A DNA stretch of 64,000 nt, from positions 11,737-75,736 of the forward strand of contig CAWDWO010000022.1 of assembly GCA_963806035.1 (NCBI GenBank), written 5' to 3'. The translations under genes were made by a program, and so were the position numbers. This document shows, piece after piece, positions 9,180-19,907 of this stretch. Below the pieces are notes generated by a model. The model had not been told where the DNA came from and ran no database searches. It was given only the letters and a program-made list of their open reading frames with translations. This DNA is from Candidatus Krumholzibacteriota bacterium. GTDB lineage: Bacteria > Krumholzibacteriota > Krumholzibacteriia > JAJRXK01. The stretch's first letter is position 1; every line of letters starts with the position of its first letter.

Positions 9180-9731
9180 CTACTTTCCCGACTTTTGCAG
9201 TTCTTCCAATACCTTGTCTGTCAGATCCAAGTCCTTGTTCTGATAGACGATATTGACCGTCGCGGTGTCCAGAATGAGGTCGTAGCCCCCCTCGGCCCCG
9301 AGGCGCTCCACCACCAAAGTAATCTGGTCGTTGATCGGCTGGCTGAGCTCCTGATTGCGCTTCACCGCCAGCCCGTTGTTGGGATCGAGGATCTCGGTGC
9401 GCTTCTGGTCGTAGGCCTGGCTCTTCTGCTCCAATTGGCTCTGGAGCTCGTTGAGCTTGTCCTGGGACAGGAGCAGCTGCTGGGAACGGATCTTCTCCTG
9501 GAGCGAGAGGATCTCGCGTTCCATCCCCTGGAGATCCTGCTGCCACTGCTTCATTTCGTCCTGGAACACCGCCTCCGCATCCTTGGCTTCCTGGTACTCC
9601 CGGAAGATCCGCTGACTGTCGATGGTGCCGATCTTCAGGTTCTTCTCGTCGGCCCGGGCCGATCCCGAGAAGGCCAGAACGGAAAGTGCCGTGAGCAGGA
9701 ACAAAGTAGTGATTCGATTTGTGAGTCTCAT
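9180..9731 (-). CDS. skp: OmpH/Skp periplasmic chaperone
   Basis: Signal peptide, KIGTID, long coiled coil, YDLILD...DLTDKVL; located between bamA and lpxD. Confidence 0.9.
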   Translation of the reverse strand: MRLTNRITTLFLLTALSVLAFSGSARADEKNLKIGTIDSQRIFREYQEAKDAEAVFQDEMKQWQQDLQGMEREILSLQEKIRSQQLLLSQDKLNELQSQLEQKSQAYDQKRTEILDPNNGLAVKRNQELSQPINDQITLVVERLGAEGGYDLILDTATVNIVYQNKDLDLTDKVLEELQKSGK

Positions 9732-9758
9732 AACTCGACTCTCCTCGTCTGCGGAAGC

Positions 9759-12071
9759 CTAGAAGAAGGCCCCGAAGTTGAAATGCGTCTCCCAGGAAGG
9801 ATTCGCTTTGTTGAACCCGTAACCGTAGTCAAGTCCGACCCGCCCGACCAGCGGAACCTCCAGGCGGACGCCAAACCCCGCGCCCTTGCGCAGGTTGGTG
9901 AGATCGGCCTCCGAGAACGAATTCCAGGTGTCCCCCTGATCCACGAAGCCCACCAGCTGCACCGCTTTGGTGAGTGGGTAGAGCATCTCGGTGGTGAGGG
10001 TGGTGAAGAACTCGCCTCCCACGAAGCCCAGATTGCCGCGGGGCACGACTTCCAGGTCGCGATAACCGCGCAGCGCGTAAAGACGGTTTCCCCCGAGACG
10101 GAACTTCTCGTAGTCGGGAACCTCGGAGGTTTTCCCGAAAGCGCTCAGCCACCCGTCGACATTCCCCACATGGAACACGAATTTCCAGGGCAGTGCCTGA
10201 TAGAAGTCGTAGTTGGCCTCGATCCGGTGGAAGTTGAGGTCTCCTCCAAGGGGCCCCCCATTCAGCTCGTAACGTATGACCGCGCTGCTTCCACTGGTGG
10301 GAAAGAAGGGACTGTCGGTGCTGTTCCGCGAGAGCGAAAGGGTCAGCGTACTGCGAGTCTGTGGCCAATCGGTCTTGTCCAGGCGCTGGAGTCCAGTCTG
10401 CCCCTGCTGCCGTTCCAGCTGATCCAAAGTCCTCACGTAGGCTGGATCGAAGTTGCTCAAGGTGGTCAACGAGTAGCTGTAGCGCACGCTGGCGCGGCTG
10501 TAGCGCGTGCCGGGGATCGGCCGCCCCAGACGGATGGCGCCACCCTTGACGCGGGTGTCGTAATAATCGTTCACCTGATTGCTGAAGCGGTTGAAGGCGT
10601 CGATCCCCAAGAGAGTGGGCGTTCCCCTGAACCAGGGCATGGTATAGCTCAAGTTGAGGTAGCTCGCGCGCGAACCGAACTGCCAGGAGAACTGCAAGGC
10701 GTTGCCGGTCCCGAACAGGTTGGTTTCCCCGACCTGCAGGAAACCGGTGGCCCGGCTCTGCTGCGAGAACCCCATACCCATGCTGAACTGCCCGGTCTGC
10801 TTCTCTTTGACGTTCAAGATGAGGTCGATGTCGCCATCGGGGGTGGCCGGCTTGAAATCGACCTGGACGTCCTCGAAGAATCCCAGCTGGAAGACGCGCC
10901 GTTGACTGTCTTGCAGACGGCTGCTCACGAAGAGTTCGCCAGGACGAATCCGCAGCTCGCGGCGCACCACCGTCTCGTGAGTCTTGGTGTTTCCCGTAAT
11001 GATGATGTCGTGAACGCTGGCCGGATTCCCCTCGTGGAACTTGAAGTGCACGTTGACCACATGGCCCTGGATGTCGCGCGTGGGCTCCACGGTGATGTAG
11101 ATGTATCCTGCCTCCCAATAGAGGCTGTTGAGGGCCTGTACCGTCTCCTGGAACACGGATTCGCTGAACACGCTGCCGGTGCGCAGAGTGATGACCGACG
11201 CGATTCGATCGTCGGGGAAGACCGTATTCCCCTCCCAGCTGAGTTCACCCACGTCGTACTGGGGTCCCTCGCTCACATCGATCGTGATATCGAGTTTCTT
11301 GCCGTCTTCGACGAAATCCTTGCGCTGATCCAGGACCTGCGCGTCCAAGAAGCCCTTGTCGCGATAGTTGTCCACCAGCTTCTGCAAGTCTTCCTCGTAC
11401 TCCGGACGCTTGAAGGTGCCACTGCGAATCCAGTTGTCCGTCTTCGTCTTCCATCCCTTGCGCAGGTCGTCCGCTGAGACCTGATGGTTACCCTCGATCT
11501 TGATGGTGCGGACCTTCACCTTCTTACCCTCTACGATCTTGAACACCAGGGTCTGCCGGCCGCCGGCGGAGAAGGTGGTCGAATCCGTGTTGACCGTGGC
11601 GTTGAAATAGCCCTCGGATTGATACTTGTCCTTGAGCTTCAGCTTCGCGCGGGTAACTGCTCCCGGGGTGAGAAAGTCACCCACCCTCAGGTCGATCTCT
11701 TCCTTGAGATCCTTCGGCTTGAGTTCTTTCGCTCCGGAGAACTCGATGCCAGCCAGCCGGGGATACTCCGAGAGATTCAGGATGAGCTCGATGCCGCCCT
11801 TGACCTCGTTCTTGTAGGCGAAGATTTCGCTGAACTTGTTCAGGGCCGCGAGCTTCCTCACCGCGGCGGAAATCCCCTCCTTGGAGATCTCCTTGCCCGC
11901 CTCGAGGCCGCTCCACGCGACGACCTGGTCCGCCGTCACCGTGCTGACTCCCACTACCCGAATACGTACGAGTCTCGTCGCCTGCGCTTGCGAGGCTGAC
12001 GAGATCAGGACTGCCGCGACTACCAAGGCAAGGACCCAGGACCGGGCACGCAAAGGCGGAATTGCGTTCAT
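9759..12071 (-). CDS. bamA: Outer membrane protein assembly factor BamA
   Basis: Signal peptide, five POTRA-like repeats, GNTKTHETVVRRE, NLFGTG, LRGY loop and terminal Phe. Confidence 0.95.
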   Translation of the reverse strand: MNAIPPLRARSWVLALVVAAVLISSASQAQATRLVRIRVVGVSTVTADQVVAWSGLEAGKEISKEGISAAVRKLAALNKFSEIFAYKNEVKGGIELILNLSEYPRLAGIEFSGAKELKPKDLKEEIDLRVGDFLTPGAVTRAKLKLKDKYQSEGYFNATVNTDSTTFSAGGRQTLVFKIVEGKKVKVRTIKIEGNHQVSADDLRKGWKTKTDNWIRSGTFKRPEYEEDLQKLVDNYRDKGFLDAQVLDQRKDFVEDGKKLDITIDVSEGPQYDVGELSWEGNTVFPDDRIASVITLRTGSVFSESVFQETVQALNSLYWEAGYIYITVEPTRDIQGHVVNVHFKFHEGNPASVHDIIITGNTKTHETVVRRELRIRPGELFVSSRLQDSQRRVFQLGFFEDVQVDFKPATPDGDIDLILNVKEKQTGQFSMGMGFSQQSRATGFLQVGETNLFGTGNALQFSWQFGSRASYLNLSYTMPWFRGTPTLLGIDAFNRFSNQVNDYYDTRVKGGAIRLGRPIPGTRYSRASVRYSYSLTTLSNFDPAYVRTLDQLERQQGQTGLQRLDKTDWPQTRSTLTLSLSRNSTDSPFFPTSGSSAVIRYELNGGPLGGDLNFHRIEANYDFYQALPWKFVFHVGNVDGWLSAFGKTSEVPDYEKFRLGGNRLYALRGYRDLEVVPRGNLGFVGGEFFTTLTTEMLYPLTKAVQLVGFVDQGDTWNSFSEADLTNLRKGAGFGVRLEVPLVGRVGLDYGYGFNKANPSWETHFNFGAFF

Positions 12072-12127
12072 TCGCTAATAGAAGACCTAGGGTTCAAGAC
12101 TGTACGCGGGGCTGGCCTAAACTGGTG

Positions 12128-12153
12128 TACGTCAGGCGAAGGGAAGGGTTCCC
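12128..12153 (-). promoter_or_regulatory. Putative ECF sigma promoter for the bamA operon
   Basis: Minus strand reads GGGAAC-ccttcccttcgcctga(16)-CGTA, the same boxes and spacing as the motif upstream of the ECF sigma gene. Confidence 0.6.
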
Positions 12154-12180
12154 ATTTCGTCCGCCACCAAATGAGAGGGG

Positions 12181-12209
12181 AAGGTAAGCGCAGGCCTGGC
12201 GGCGGTCAA
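12181..12209 (-). promoter_or_regulatory. Putative sigma-70 promoter for the bamA operon
   Basis: TTGACC-N17-TACCTT on the minus strand. Confidence 0.5.
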
Positions 12210-12222
12210 CCTATGGGACGTC

Positions 12223-12252
12223 AAAAGGGCGGATTCACTGGAACCCGCCCTT
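12223..12252 (-). terminator. Intrinsic terminator after clpC
   Basis: Minus strand AAGGGCGGGTTC-CAGT-GAATCCGCCCTT followed by TTG, just downstream of the clpC stop. Confidence 0.65.
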
Positions 12253-12265
12253 CTCGCCGCCCGAA

Positions 12266-14743
12266 TCACGAGGCGTTGCCGGCTGGCTCCGCCTCGGACC
12301 GTTTGCCTTTTTTGTCGCGGTCCACCACCTCGAAGGACAGCTTGTCCTCCAAGACCCGCACCTCCACCCTGTCCCCGCTGCGGATCTCACCGCGCAAGAG
12401 GCGCTCGCTGAGGGGATCCTCGACGTGCCTCTGCAGGGCGCGCCTCAGCGGCCGCGCCCCCAGCTCGGGGTCGAAGCCGATGGAAACCAAGAACTCCTTG
12501 GCCTCCTGCGAATAATTGAGGCTGATGTCCAGGCTCTCCATGCGCGCTTCCATCTCCCTGAGCAGAATCTCCAGGATGCGCGTCATGTGAGCCCGGTCCA
12601 GCGGATGGAAGATGATGGCCTCGTCGATACGATTGAGGAACTCGGGGCTGAAGGTCTTTCTCAGATCCTCGGTCACGTTGGCGCGCATGGTCTTCTCGTC
12701 GCCCCCCTTGCCGGGAGCATCGAAGCCCACGTTCTTGCGAAGCGCCTCTCTGCGGCTTCCCACGTTGCTCGTCATGATGAGAACCGTGTTCTTGAAGTCG
12801 ACGTTGCGGCCGAAGGAATCGGTCAGGACTCCGTCCTCGAGCACCTGCAGCAGCAGGTTGAAGACGTCGGGATGGGCCTTCTCGATCTCGTCCAGAAGCA
12901 CCACCGAATAGGGTTGGCGCCGCACCTTCTCGGTGAGGATTCCACCCTCGTCGTAACCGACGTAGCCGGGGGGCGCTCCCACCAGCCGGGAAATGGAGAA
13001 CCTCTCCATGTACTCCGACATGTCGATGCGGATCATGTTCTTCAGATCGTCGAAGAGGAACTTGGTGAGCTGACGCGCCACCTCGGTCTTTCCCACCCCG
13101 GTGGGGCCCAAGAAGACGAAGGAACCGATGGGACGCCGCGGGTCGCGCAGACCGGCGCGGTTGCGGCGAATCGCCTTGCTCACGGCGGAGATGGCTTCCT
13201 CCTGGCCGATGATCGATTCCCTCAGGCTCTCCTCCATGCGCAGCAGCTTTTCGGTCTCCTCCTCCTCGACCTCGGTCACCGGGATTCCGGTCATGTCGGC
13301 GATGACCACGCTGATGTCGCGCGCGGAAACCTCCGTCCTGACCTCGTTCCTCTGTTCGGACCAGGTCTTGCGCTGCTTGCTCAGCTGAATGCGCAGCTCT
13401 TTTTCCTCGTCCCTGAAGCCGGCCGCCTTTTCGAACTCCTGCCCCAGAATGGCAGCTTCCTTTTTCTCGGAAAGCTCCTCGATTCTCTTCTCCAGATCGC
13501 GGAGATCGCCAGGGACCGCCGAGGCGGCCAGCCGGGCCCGGCTGCCCGCTTCGTCGATGACGTCGATCGCCTTGTCCGGCAGGCTGCGGTTGGCGATGTA
13601 GCGCACGCTGAGGTAAACCGCGGTACGGATCGCCTCGTCCGTGAAATGGACCTGGTGGTGTTGCTCGTACTTGTCACGCAATCCAAAGATGATTTCGACG
13701 GTCTCGTCCTCGCTGGGCGGATTCACCATGATCGATTGAAAACGGCGCTCGAGCGCTCCGTCCTTCTCGATGAACTTGCGGTACTCGTCGAGGGTAGTGG
13801 CCCCGATGCACTGGATCTCGCCCCGGGCCAGAGCGGGCTTGAACATGTTGGACGCGTCGATGGCGCCCTCGGCGCCCCCGGCTCCCACGATGGTGTGCAA
13901 TTCGTCGATGAAGAGAATGACGTGCTCACTCTCGTGGATCTCGTTCATGATCGCCTTGAGGCGTTCCTCGAACTGACCGCGATACTTGGTTCCCGCAACG
14001 ACACTCGCGAGATCCAAGGTGATGATCTCCTTGTCCTTCAAGAGCTCGGGAGCCCTTCCGTCCACGATGGTCTGAGCCAATCCCTCGGCGATCGCGGTCT
14101 TGCCCACTCCGGGTTCGCCGATCAGGACCGGGTTGTTCTTTTTCCGGCGCGAGAGAATCTGAATGACTCGCTCGATCTCCTTGTCGCGCCCGATGGTCGG
14201 ATCCAGCTTCCCGTCGCGCGCGTGTTGGCTGAGGTTGCGGCCAAATTGATCCAGGACCGGAGTCTCTTTCTTCTGCGAACTCGAGGACGCGCTTCCCCCC
14301 TTGGCGGTGCCGCCGAGAAGCTTCATGACCTCCTTCTTGACCTTGTCGTGGTCGGCGCCGAGTTCGTTCAGAACCCGTGCCGCCACCCCTTCCCCTTCCC
14401 GAATGAGGGCGAGCAGGAGGTGCTCGGTGCCCACGTAGTTGTGGTTGTGCATGCGCGCTTCGTCGATGGAAAGCTCGAGTACCCGCTTGGCGCGCGGGGT
14501 GAAGGGGATCTCGCCGATGGTCAAGGTGCCGCTCTGCGCGGTCACGATGTCCTCGACCGCTTGCTGAATCTGGTCGAAGCCGATGTTGAGACGCTGGAGA
14601 GCCTGGGCCGCGATACCCTCCCCCTCACGGATGATCCCGAGCAGTAGATGCTCGGTCCCGATGTAGTCGTGCTGCATCCGTCCGGCTTCGTCTCTGGCGA
14701 GAAAGAGGACTTTGCGGACTCTCTCGGTGAAGCGATCGTTCAT
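12266..14743 (-). CDS. clpC: ATP-dependent Clp protease ATP-binding subunit ClpC
   Basis: Clp N-repeats (GTEHLLL twice), two Walker A motifs ([16 protein letters not shown]), short UVR-type middle domain and a VGF ClpP-docking loop. Confidence 0.95.
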   Translation of the reverse strand: MNDRFTERVRKVLFLARDEAGRMQHDYIGTEHLLLGIIREGEGIAAQALQRLNIGFDQIQQAVEDIVTAQSGTLTIGEIPFTPRAKRVLELSIDEARMHNHNYVGTEHLLLALIREGEGVAARVLNELGADHDKVKKEVMKLLGGTAKGGSASSSSQKKETPVLDQFGRNLSQHARDGKLDPTIGRDKEIERVIQILSRRKKNNPVLIGEPGVGKTAIAEGLAQTIVDGRAPELLKDKEIITLDLASVVAGTKYRGQFEERLKAIMNEIHESEHVILFIDELHTIVGAGGAEGAIDASNMFKPALARGEIQCIGATTLDEYRKFIEKDGALERRFQSIMVNPPSEDETVEIIFGLRDKYEQHHQVHFTDEAIRTAVYLSVRYIANRSLPDKAIDVIDEAGSRARLAASAVPGDLRDLEKRIEELSEKKEAAILGQEFEKAAGFRDEEKELRIQLSKQRKTWSEQRNEVRTEVSARDISVVIADMTGIPVTEVEEEETEKLLRMEESLRESIIGQEEAISAVSKAIRRNRAGLRDPRRPIGSFVFLGPTGVGKTEVARQLTKFLFDDLKNMIRIDMSEYMERFSISRLVGAPPGYVGYDEGGILTEKVRRQPYSVVLLDEIEKAHPDVFNLLLQVLEDGVLTDSFGRNVDFKNTVLIMTSNVGSRREALRKNVGFDAPGKGGDEKTMRANVTEDLRKTFSPEFLNRIDEAIIFHPLDRAHMTRILEILLREMEARMESLDISLNYSQEAKEFLVSIGFDPELGARPLRRALQRHVEDPLSERLLRGEIRSGDRVEVRVLEDKLSFEVVDRDKKGKRSEAEPAGNAS

Positions 14744-15807
14744 TCTTGGTCCTTCCTAGCCTTGGCAAGCGCCCGCCGTACATAGTCGGCTCGTCGTTCA
14801 TCCCGTTCGTGCGGTTTCAGGCTACGTTGAGCCATGATCTCCTGGTGCGCTCCCTGGATGGTTACAAGAAGACACCGCAGGGTGGTTTCGTCCACCCCTG
14901 GCAACAATCGGAAGCTCATCCCCAGCCGCACATCTCCAAGCAAATCAAAGGCCTCGCGCGTCGTGAGCAAGCGCGCGTTGTTGAGAATTCCCCAGGCCCG
15001 GAAGACGCGGTCCTCGATCCGGGTCCCCTCGCGCTCCAGAAGCACGGCCCGTGCCTCCCGCTCCACCGAGATCACCTTGCGCAGATGGTGGAGCAGATCG
15101 TCCACGATCTGGGCCCCTGAGAGCCCCAGAGTGGCCGAATTGGAGACCTGGAAGAGTTCCCCCAGGGCTCCACTTCCCTCGCCGTAGAAGCCCCGTACGG
15201 TATAGTTGAGCACCTTCAGGCTGTGCAATACCTTCTCCAGGTCGCGCGTCAGGGAGATCCCGGGCAGATGCAAGAGCACCGAAGCGCGCAGCCCGGTGCC
15301 CAAATTGGTGGGACAGGCGCTGAGATAGCCCAGGCGCGGGCTGTGAGCAAAGGTCAAGTGTTCCTCTAGCTCCGACGCAAAACGCATTGCAATATCGAGG
15401 GTTTCCTTGGGTTGAAGGCCGGAGCCAAAGGCCTGGATTCGCAGGTGGTCCTCCTCGTTGACCATGAGACCCCTGGATTCGTCCTCGCTCATGAGGACCG
15501 CGCGCCCGATGGGAGTGGCCACCAGCTCCTGGGAGACCAGGTGACGCTCCAGGAGGAAGCGCCGCTCCAGTTCCTCCAATTCCTCCATCGCCCAGGACGA
15601 GGGCGGGTCCGCGCTGGGGCAGCTGGCGGCCGCCCGCAGAATCCGGCTCCGGAGATTGCGCAGCGCGTCTTCGCCCAGAAGGTGGGGAAAAACCTGTCCC
15701 TCCACGTTGCGGGCCAGACGTACGCGGCAGCTCAGCACGATGTCCCGCTCGGGGGCATCCTCGCTCTGCCAGGGAGCCGGGGCCCGGGCCATCTCCTCGA
15801 ATCTCAT
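14740..15807 (-). CDS. mcsB: Protein arginine kinase McsB
   Basis: [37 protein letters not shown] and RGFYGEG; located between mcsA and clpC. Confidence 0.93.
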   Translation of the reverse strand: MRFEEMARAPAPWQSEDAPERDIVLSCRVRLARNVEGQVFPHLLGEDALRNLRSRILRAAASCPSADPPSSWAMEELEELERRFLLERHLVSQELVATPIGRAVLMSEDESRGLMVNEEDHLRIQAFGSGLQPKETLDIAMRFASELEEHLTFAHSPRLGYLSACPTNLGTGLRASVLLHLPGISLTRDLEKVLHSLKVLNYTVRGFYGEGSGALGELFQVSNSATLGLSGAQIVDDLLHHLRKVISVEREARAVLLEREGTRIEDRVFRAWGILNNARLLTTREAFDLLGDVRLGMSFRLLPGVDETTLRCLLVTIQGAHQEIMAQRSLKPHERDERRADYVRRALAKARKDQE

Positions 15808-16331
15808 GCGTCCTCGCCCTCCTCGTCGGCCTCGGGCGAAGACAGTTCCGCCTTCTCCTTCTCGTAGCGGCGGATCTCGTCACGGATCGAGGCCGCCCGT
15901 TCGAACTCCTCCCTGCGCACCGACTCACTGAGTTCGCGACGCAAGGACTCCAATACGCGCTCCAAACGGCTCACCGGGTCGTCCCGCTCCGAGCGCGGAT
16001 TGTGGTCGACCGCGTGATGCACGCTGCGCAGTAAGGGCTCGAGTTGGCGGCGGAAGACTTCGTAGCAGTTGGGGCATCCGAGCAGGCCGGTCCGACGCAG
16101 AGTTTCGCCGTCCGTCCCGCACTCGGGACACTTGGGGACGAAGGGCGCGCGTTCGCTTTCCGAGAGCATTTTCGCGGCCGCGGCCGGTGCCATGGGATGC
16201 AGCTTGAGGCTCAGGAGAAGTCCGGCCTCCCGCGCGCACTCCGAGCACAGCCACTGCATGGTCTTCTGGCCGCCGACCATCTCGGTGTATTGCACCTCGG
16301 CCGGTCGCTTGCCGCATCGCTGGCAGATCAT
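15804..16331 (-). CDS. mcsA: McsA activator (four CXXC motifs plus UVR domain)
   Basis: CQRC, CSEC, CPEC, LGCPNCY and EEFERAASIRDEI. Confidence 0.92.
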   Translation of the reverse strand: MICQRCGKRPAEVQYTEMVGGQKTMQWLCSECAREAGLLLSLKLHPMAPAAAAKMLSESERAPFVPKCPECGTDGETLRRTGLLGCPNCYEVFRRQLEPLLRSVHHAVDHNPRSERDDPVSRLERVLESLRRELSESVRREEFERAASIRDEIRRYEKEKAELSSPEADEEGEDA

Positions 16332-16340
16332 GGCAATGCC

Positions 16341-17036
16341 CTAGCTCTTGCTCGCCGAGTGCTCGTTCAGACGGCCCTCGTCAAGCGTGTACCACCGGTC
16401 CGCGCGCGCCGCCGCCCGTTCGTCGTGAGTGACGACGACCACGGCCAGGTCCTCTTCGTCGCGCGCCTGAAGCAGGAGCTGCGTGAGTTCGGCCGCGCGC
16501 CCTGAATCCAAATTACCCGCTGGTTCGTCCGCCAGCAACAGACGCGGATGATTCATCAAAGCCCGCGCCACCGCCACTCGCTGTTGCTCGCCGCCCGAGA
16601 GCTCCCCGGGTCGGTGGTCGGCGCGGTCGAGCAGACCCACGCGGGAAAGGAGTTCCTGCGCTCTCGCGCGTGCTTCGCTCAGAGAGCCCCCCGCGATCCG
16701 CGCCGGCATCATGATGTTCTCCAGAGCGGTGAAGTCGGGAAGCAGGTGGTGGAACTGAAACACGAAGCCCACCGCCTGGTTGCGTAGACGGCTCAACTCG
16801 ACCGGCCGCAAGGAGAGGATCTCCTCTCCCCCCCAACAGATCGAGCCGGACACGGGACGATCGAGGGAACCCAGCAGGTTCAAGAGAGTGGTTTTTCCCG
16901 AGCCGCTGCCTCCGGTCACCGCGACCACTTCGCGGGGAGCCACTTTCAAGTCGACGCCGCGCAGGACCGTCACGTCGCGCTTCATGGTGTGATAGGCCAT
17001 GTGGAGTCCGCTCGCCTCGAGCCAGGGCTCATTCAT
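16341..17036 (-). CDS. lolD: Lipoprotein-releasing ABC transporter ATPase
   Basis: GGSGSGKT, GFVFQFHHLLPDF, LSGGEQQR and LADEPAGNLD. Confidence 0.9.
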   Translation of the reverse strand: MNEPWLEASGLHMAYHTMKRDVTVLRGVDLKVAPREVVAVTGGSGSGKTTLLNLLGSLDRPVSGSICWGGEEILSLRPVELSRLRNQAVGFVFQFHHLLPDFTALENIMMPARIAGGSLSEARARAQELLSRVGLLDRADHRPGELSGGEQQRVAVARALMNHPRLLLADEPAGNLDSGRAAELTQLLLQARDEEDLAVVVVTHDERAAARADRWYTLDEGRLNEHSASKS

Positions 17037-18306
17037 AGCGAAGCACCTCCACCGGAGTGAAGCGCGTGGCGAACCACGAGGGAAGAAGGGTGGCCAGAAG
17101 GCACATCAAGAGGGTGACGCCTCCCACCAGCAGGAAGTCGCCCGCCTCCATGTGAACCGGGAGCTTATCCACGAAGTAGACGTCGGCCGGCGAGGGAAGT
17201 CCCATGCGCTCCACCAGAGTCCAAAGACCCTGACTGTCGAGAAAACGGCACAGCAGATAGCCCAGGATGGTCCCCAGAACCACGCCCCCGCCACCAATGA
17301 TCATCCCCAACTGCACGAAGACGCCCACCAGCTGGTCCTTGCGCACCCCGAGGGAGAGGAAAATTCCGATGTCGTGCTGCCGGTCGCGCACCATCATGAG
17401 CAGAATCGCGACCACCATGAAGCTCGCCACCAGGGTGATCAAAGACAGCAGAACGAACATCAGGACCTTCTCGATCCGAATCCAGCGAAAGAGAGCGCTG
17501 TTGAGCGAGATCCAGTCGTTGGTGAAGTAGGGCAAGCCGAGCCGCTCAGCCAAGGAATCGGCGTAGGCGGGGGCGCGCATCATCCTATCCACCTTGACCC
17601 CCACCCCGTCGGCGCCACCGATGACCACGAAGATCTTGCGCACGGCATTGATGTCCATGTAGGCGAAGACGTCGTCGAACTGGTACATCCCGCTGGTGAA
17701 GATTCCCACCACCGCGACTTCCACGGAGTGCCCCTCGTATTGCCGCGAACCGCCCGTCTTGCGCACGGTGGTGAGCGTGAGACGATCGCCGACCCCCACG
17801 CGGAGACTGCGGGCCAACATGTCTCCCAGCACGATTCCCGGCGTACCGGGGTCCACCCCCGTGAAGCCCTCGGTGGAAAAATCGGTGAAGGCCGGCGTCA
17901 CCGTATCCAGAGTTTTGGTCACGCTTTTCTGTCGATTGGGATCGATGCCCCAGATCACGCAGGGCCGGTCCCTGGTGCGCCCTCCGAACCTCTCGAAGGT
18001 GAGCAGTGCCTCCTTGCGGATGTACGGAGCGGCGCCCACCACGGGAGGAAACTCCTTCACGCGGTCGACGATTTTCTCCACGTCGGAAAAACCCGAAGGG
18101 GCCTGGGTCATCACCGTGACCATGGGCATGTTTTCCACGAAGGTGAAACGAATCTGGTCCTGAAAGCCGTTCATCACGGCGAGGGTCGTGTCCAGGACCA
18201 TGACGCCCAGGGTGATCCCCACGATGGCGATGATCGTGATGACGCTCACGAAGCGCGAGCGCTGGGTCCTCAGATAGCGCTGGGCGATGAAGGCGGCGAA
18301 ACCCAT
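17029..18306 (-). CDS. LolC/E-family lipoprotein-releasing ABC permease
   Basis: AQRYLR..SRFVSVITII, AVMNGF, GIFTSGMYQFD, YFVDKLP and PVEVLRYE. ATG 18306 has an RBS; GTG 18333 is an alternative start. Confidence 0.9.
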   Translation of the reverse strand: MGFAAFIAQRYLRTQRSRFVSVITIIAIVGITLGVMVLDTTLAVMNGFQDQIRFTFVENMPMVTVMTQAPSGFSDVEKIVDRVKEFPPVVGAAPYIRKEALLTFERFGGRTRDRPCVIWGIDPNRQKSVTKTLDTVTPAFTDFSTEGFTGVDPGTPGIVLGDMLARSLRVGVGDRLTLTTVRKTGGSRQYEGHSVEVAVVGIFTSGMYQFDDVFAYMDINAVRKIFVVIGGADGVGVKVDRMMRAPAYADSLAERLGLPYFTNDWISLNSALFRWIRIEKVLMFVLLSLITLVASFMVVAILLMMVRDRQHDIGIFLSLGVRKDQLVGVFVQLGMIIGGGGVVLGTILGYLLCRFLDSQGLWTLVERMGLPSPADVYFVDKLPVHMEAGDFLLVGGVTLLMCLLATLLPSWFATRFTPVEVLRYE

Positions 18307-18347
18307 CTGCACCCTTTCGGCCCGGGCTATCACCCCGGCAAGACTGT

Positions 18348-19817
18348 CTATTCGGCCTCGGATCTCATCTGGGGGAAGAACAGCACGTCGCGGATGCTGT
18401 GACTTCCGGTGAAGAGCATGACGATGCGGTCGATCCCCAGTCCGAGTCCACCGGTGGGAGGCATGCCGTATTCCAGCGCGCGCAGGAAGTCGTTATCCAG
18501 CTGCTGCGCCTCATCGTCGCCCTCTTCGCGCAAGCGAAGCTGGTCTTCGAAACGCGCTCTCTGGTCCTGCGGATCGTTCAATTCGCTGAACGCATTCCCC
18601 ACTTCGAATCCGGCGATGAAGGGCTCGAAACGTTCCACCAGTTCTGGCTCGCTGCGATGCGATTTTGCCAGTGGACTCAGCTCCTTGGGATGGTCGCACA
18701 CGAAAGTGGGCTGCACGAGACCGGGCTCGACTCTTTCGCTGAACAGCTCGTCGAGCAGCTTGCCCTTCCCCATGCTACTGTCGACCTCCACACCCAGCTG
18801 CTTCACCTGGGCGCGGGTCTGCTCCAAATCCAGCGGAGCGAAATCGATCCCGGTCGCTTCCTTCAGCAAATCGAGATAGCGTGCCCGGCGGAATCCACCC
18901 TTGAAATCGATCTCGTGGTCACCGTAGCGCAGGATGCCGTTCTCGGTGAATCGTTCGGCCAGGCGCGCAAAGATCCGTTCCACCAAACCCATGACGTCCT
19001 GATAGTCCCAATAGGCCGCGTAGCACTCCATCATGGTGAACTCGGGATTGTGCGTGCGGTCCATCCCCTCGTTGCGGAAGTCCTTGGCGAATTCGAAAAC
19101 GCGGTCGAAGCCGCCCACGATCAGCCGCTTCAAATACAGCTCGTTGGCGATGCGCAGGTAGACCGTCATGTTGCCCAGGGAATGGTAGTTGGTGGTGAAG
19201 GGCCGCGCCGTCGCCCCTCCGTAGAGGGGCTGGAGGATCGGAGTCTCGACCTCCAGAAAGCCCTCCTCCAAAAGCACCTCACGAATGGCGGCGATCACCT
19301 CGCTGCGGCGGCGAAAGGAGGAACGCACTTCCTCGTTCATGATCAAGTCGAGATAGCGCTGCCGATAGCGGATTTCCTTGTCGGTGAGTCCATGCCACTT
19401 CTCGGGCAGAGGACGCAGCGCCTTGGTGAGAGCCGTGATCTTCTTGACGTGCACGGTGAGCTCGCCGGTCTTGGTTCGCATGAGCGAACCCTCGACTCCC
19501 ACGAAATCGCCCACCTCCAGGAGTTTGTAGATCTCGTAGTTCTCCTCGCCCACCTCGTCTTTGCGGATGTAAATCTGCAGACGGGCGCGCTCGTCCTCGA
19601 TGTGCGCGAAGCCCGCCTTCCCGTGGCGGCGCTTGGACATCATCCTTCCCGCCAGGCGCAGCGGCGCGGCGGAGGCGAGAAGTTCCTCGCCCTGCTGCAG
19701 GATCTGAGCGAGATGGTGCGTGCGGGCGAAAGCGTGGGGATAGGGGTCGACCCCCTGCTCCCTCAACCCCTGCAATCGTTCCAGGCGCATCTGTACGAGC
19801 CGGTGCTGATCTTCCAT
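18348..19817 (-). CDS. lysS: Lysine--tRNA ligase (class II)
   Basis: RYRQRYLDL, FRNEG..HNPEFT and GMPPTGGLGLGIDR. Start placed at ATG 19817 (MEDQHRL). Confidence 0.96.
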   Translation of the reverse strand: MEDQHRLVQMRLERLQGLREQGVDPYPHAFARTHHLAQILQQGEELLASAAPLRLAGRMMSKRRHGKAGFAHIEDERARLQIYIRKDEVGEENYEIYKLLEVGDFVGVEGSLMRTKTGELTVHVKKITALTKALRPLPEKWHGLTDKEIRYRQRYLDLIMNEEVRSSFRRRSEVIAAIREVLLEEGFLEVETPILQPLYGGATARPFTTNYHSLGNMTVYLRIANELYLKRLIVGGFDRVFEFAKDFRNEGMDRTHNPEFTMMECYAAYWDYQDVMGLVERIFARLAERFTENGILRYGDHEIDFKGGFRRARYLDLLKEATGIDFAPLDLEQTRAQVKQLGVEVDSSMGKGKLLDELFSERVEPGLVQPTFVCDHPKELSPLAKSHRSEPELVERFEPFIAGFEVGNAFSELNDPQDQRARFEDQLRLREEGDDEAQQLDNDFLRALEYGMPPTGGLGLGIDRIVMLFTGSHSIRDVLFFPQMRSEAE

Positions 19818-19878
19818 GCTTCTTCCTAGGGTCGAGTTCGCAAGTGACTGATTTCCAAGGATATCCACCGGGGCCGGT

Positions 19879-19907
19879 AGTATCGTAGGGCCCGCGGCAG
19901 CTGTCAA
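19879..19907 (-). promoter_or_regulatory. Putative sigma-70 promoter for the lysS-lol-mcs-clpC unit
   Basis: TTGACA-N17-GATACT on the minus strand, overlapping the prfB stop codon. Confidence 0.55.

Noticed and set aside
9036..11477. 813-aa + strand ORF; similar long ORFs at 12425-14647, 22573-24426, 6654-8060, 18399-19829, 35186-36658 and 59272-60648
   Set aside because: These are antisense shadows of well-supported minus-strand genes. Strong GC3 bias removes stop codons on the opposite strand, and the translations show no recognisable motifs.
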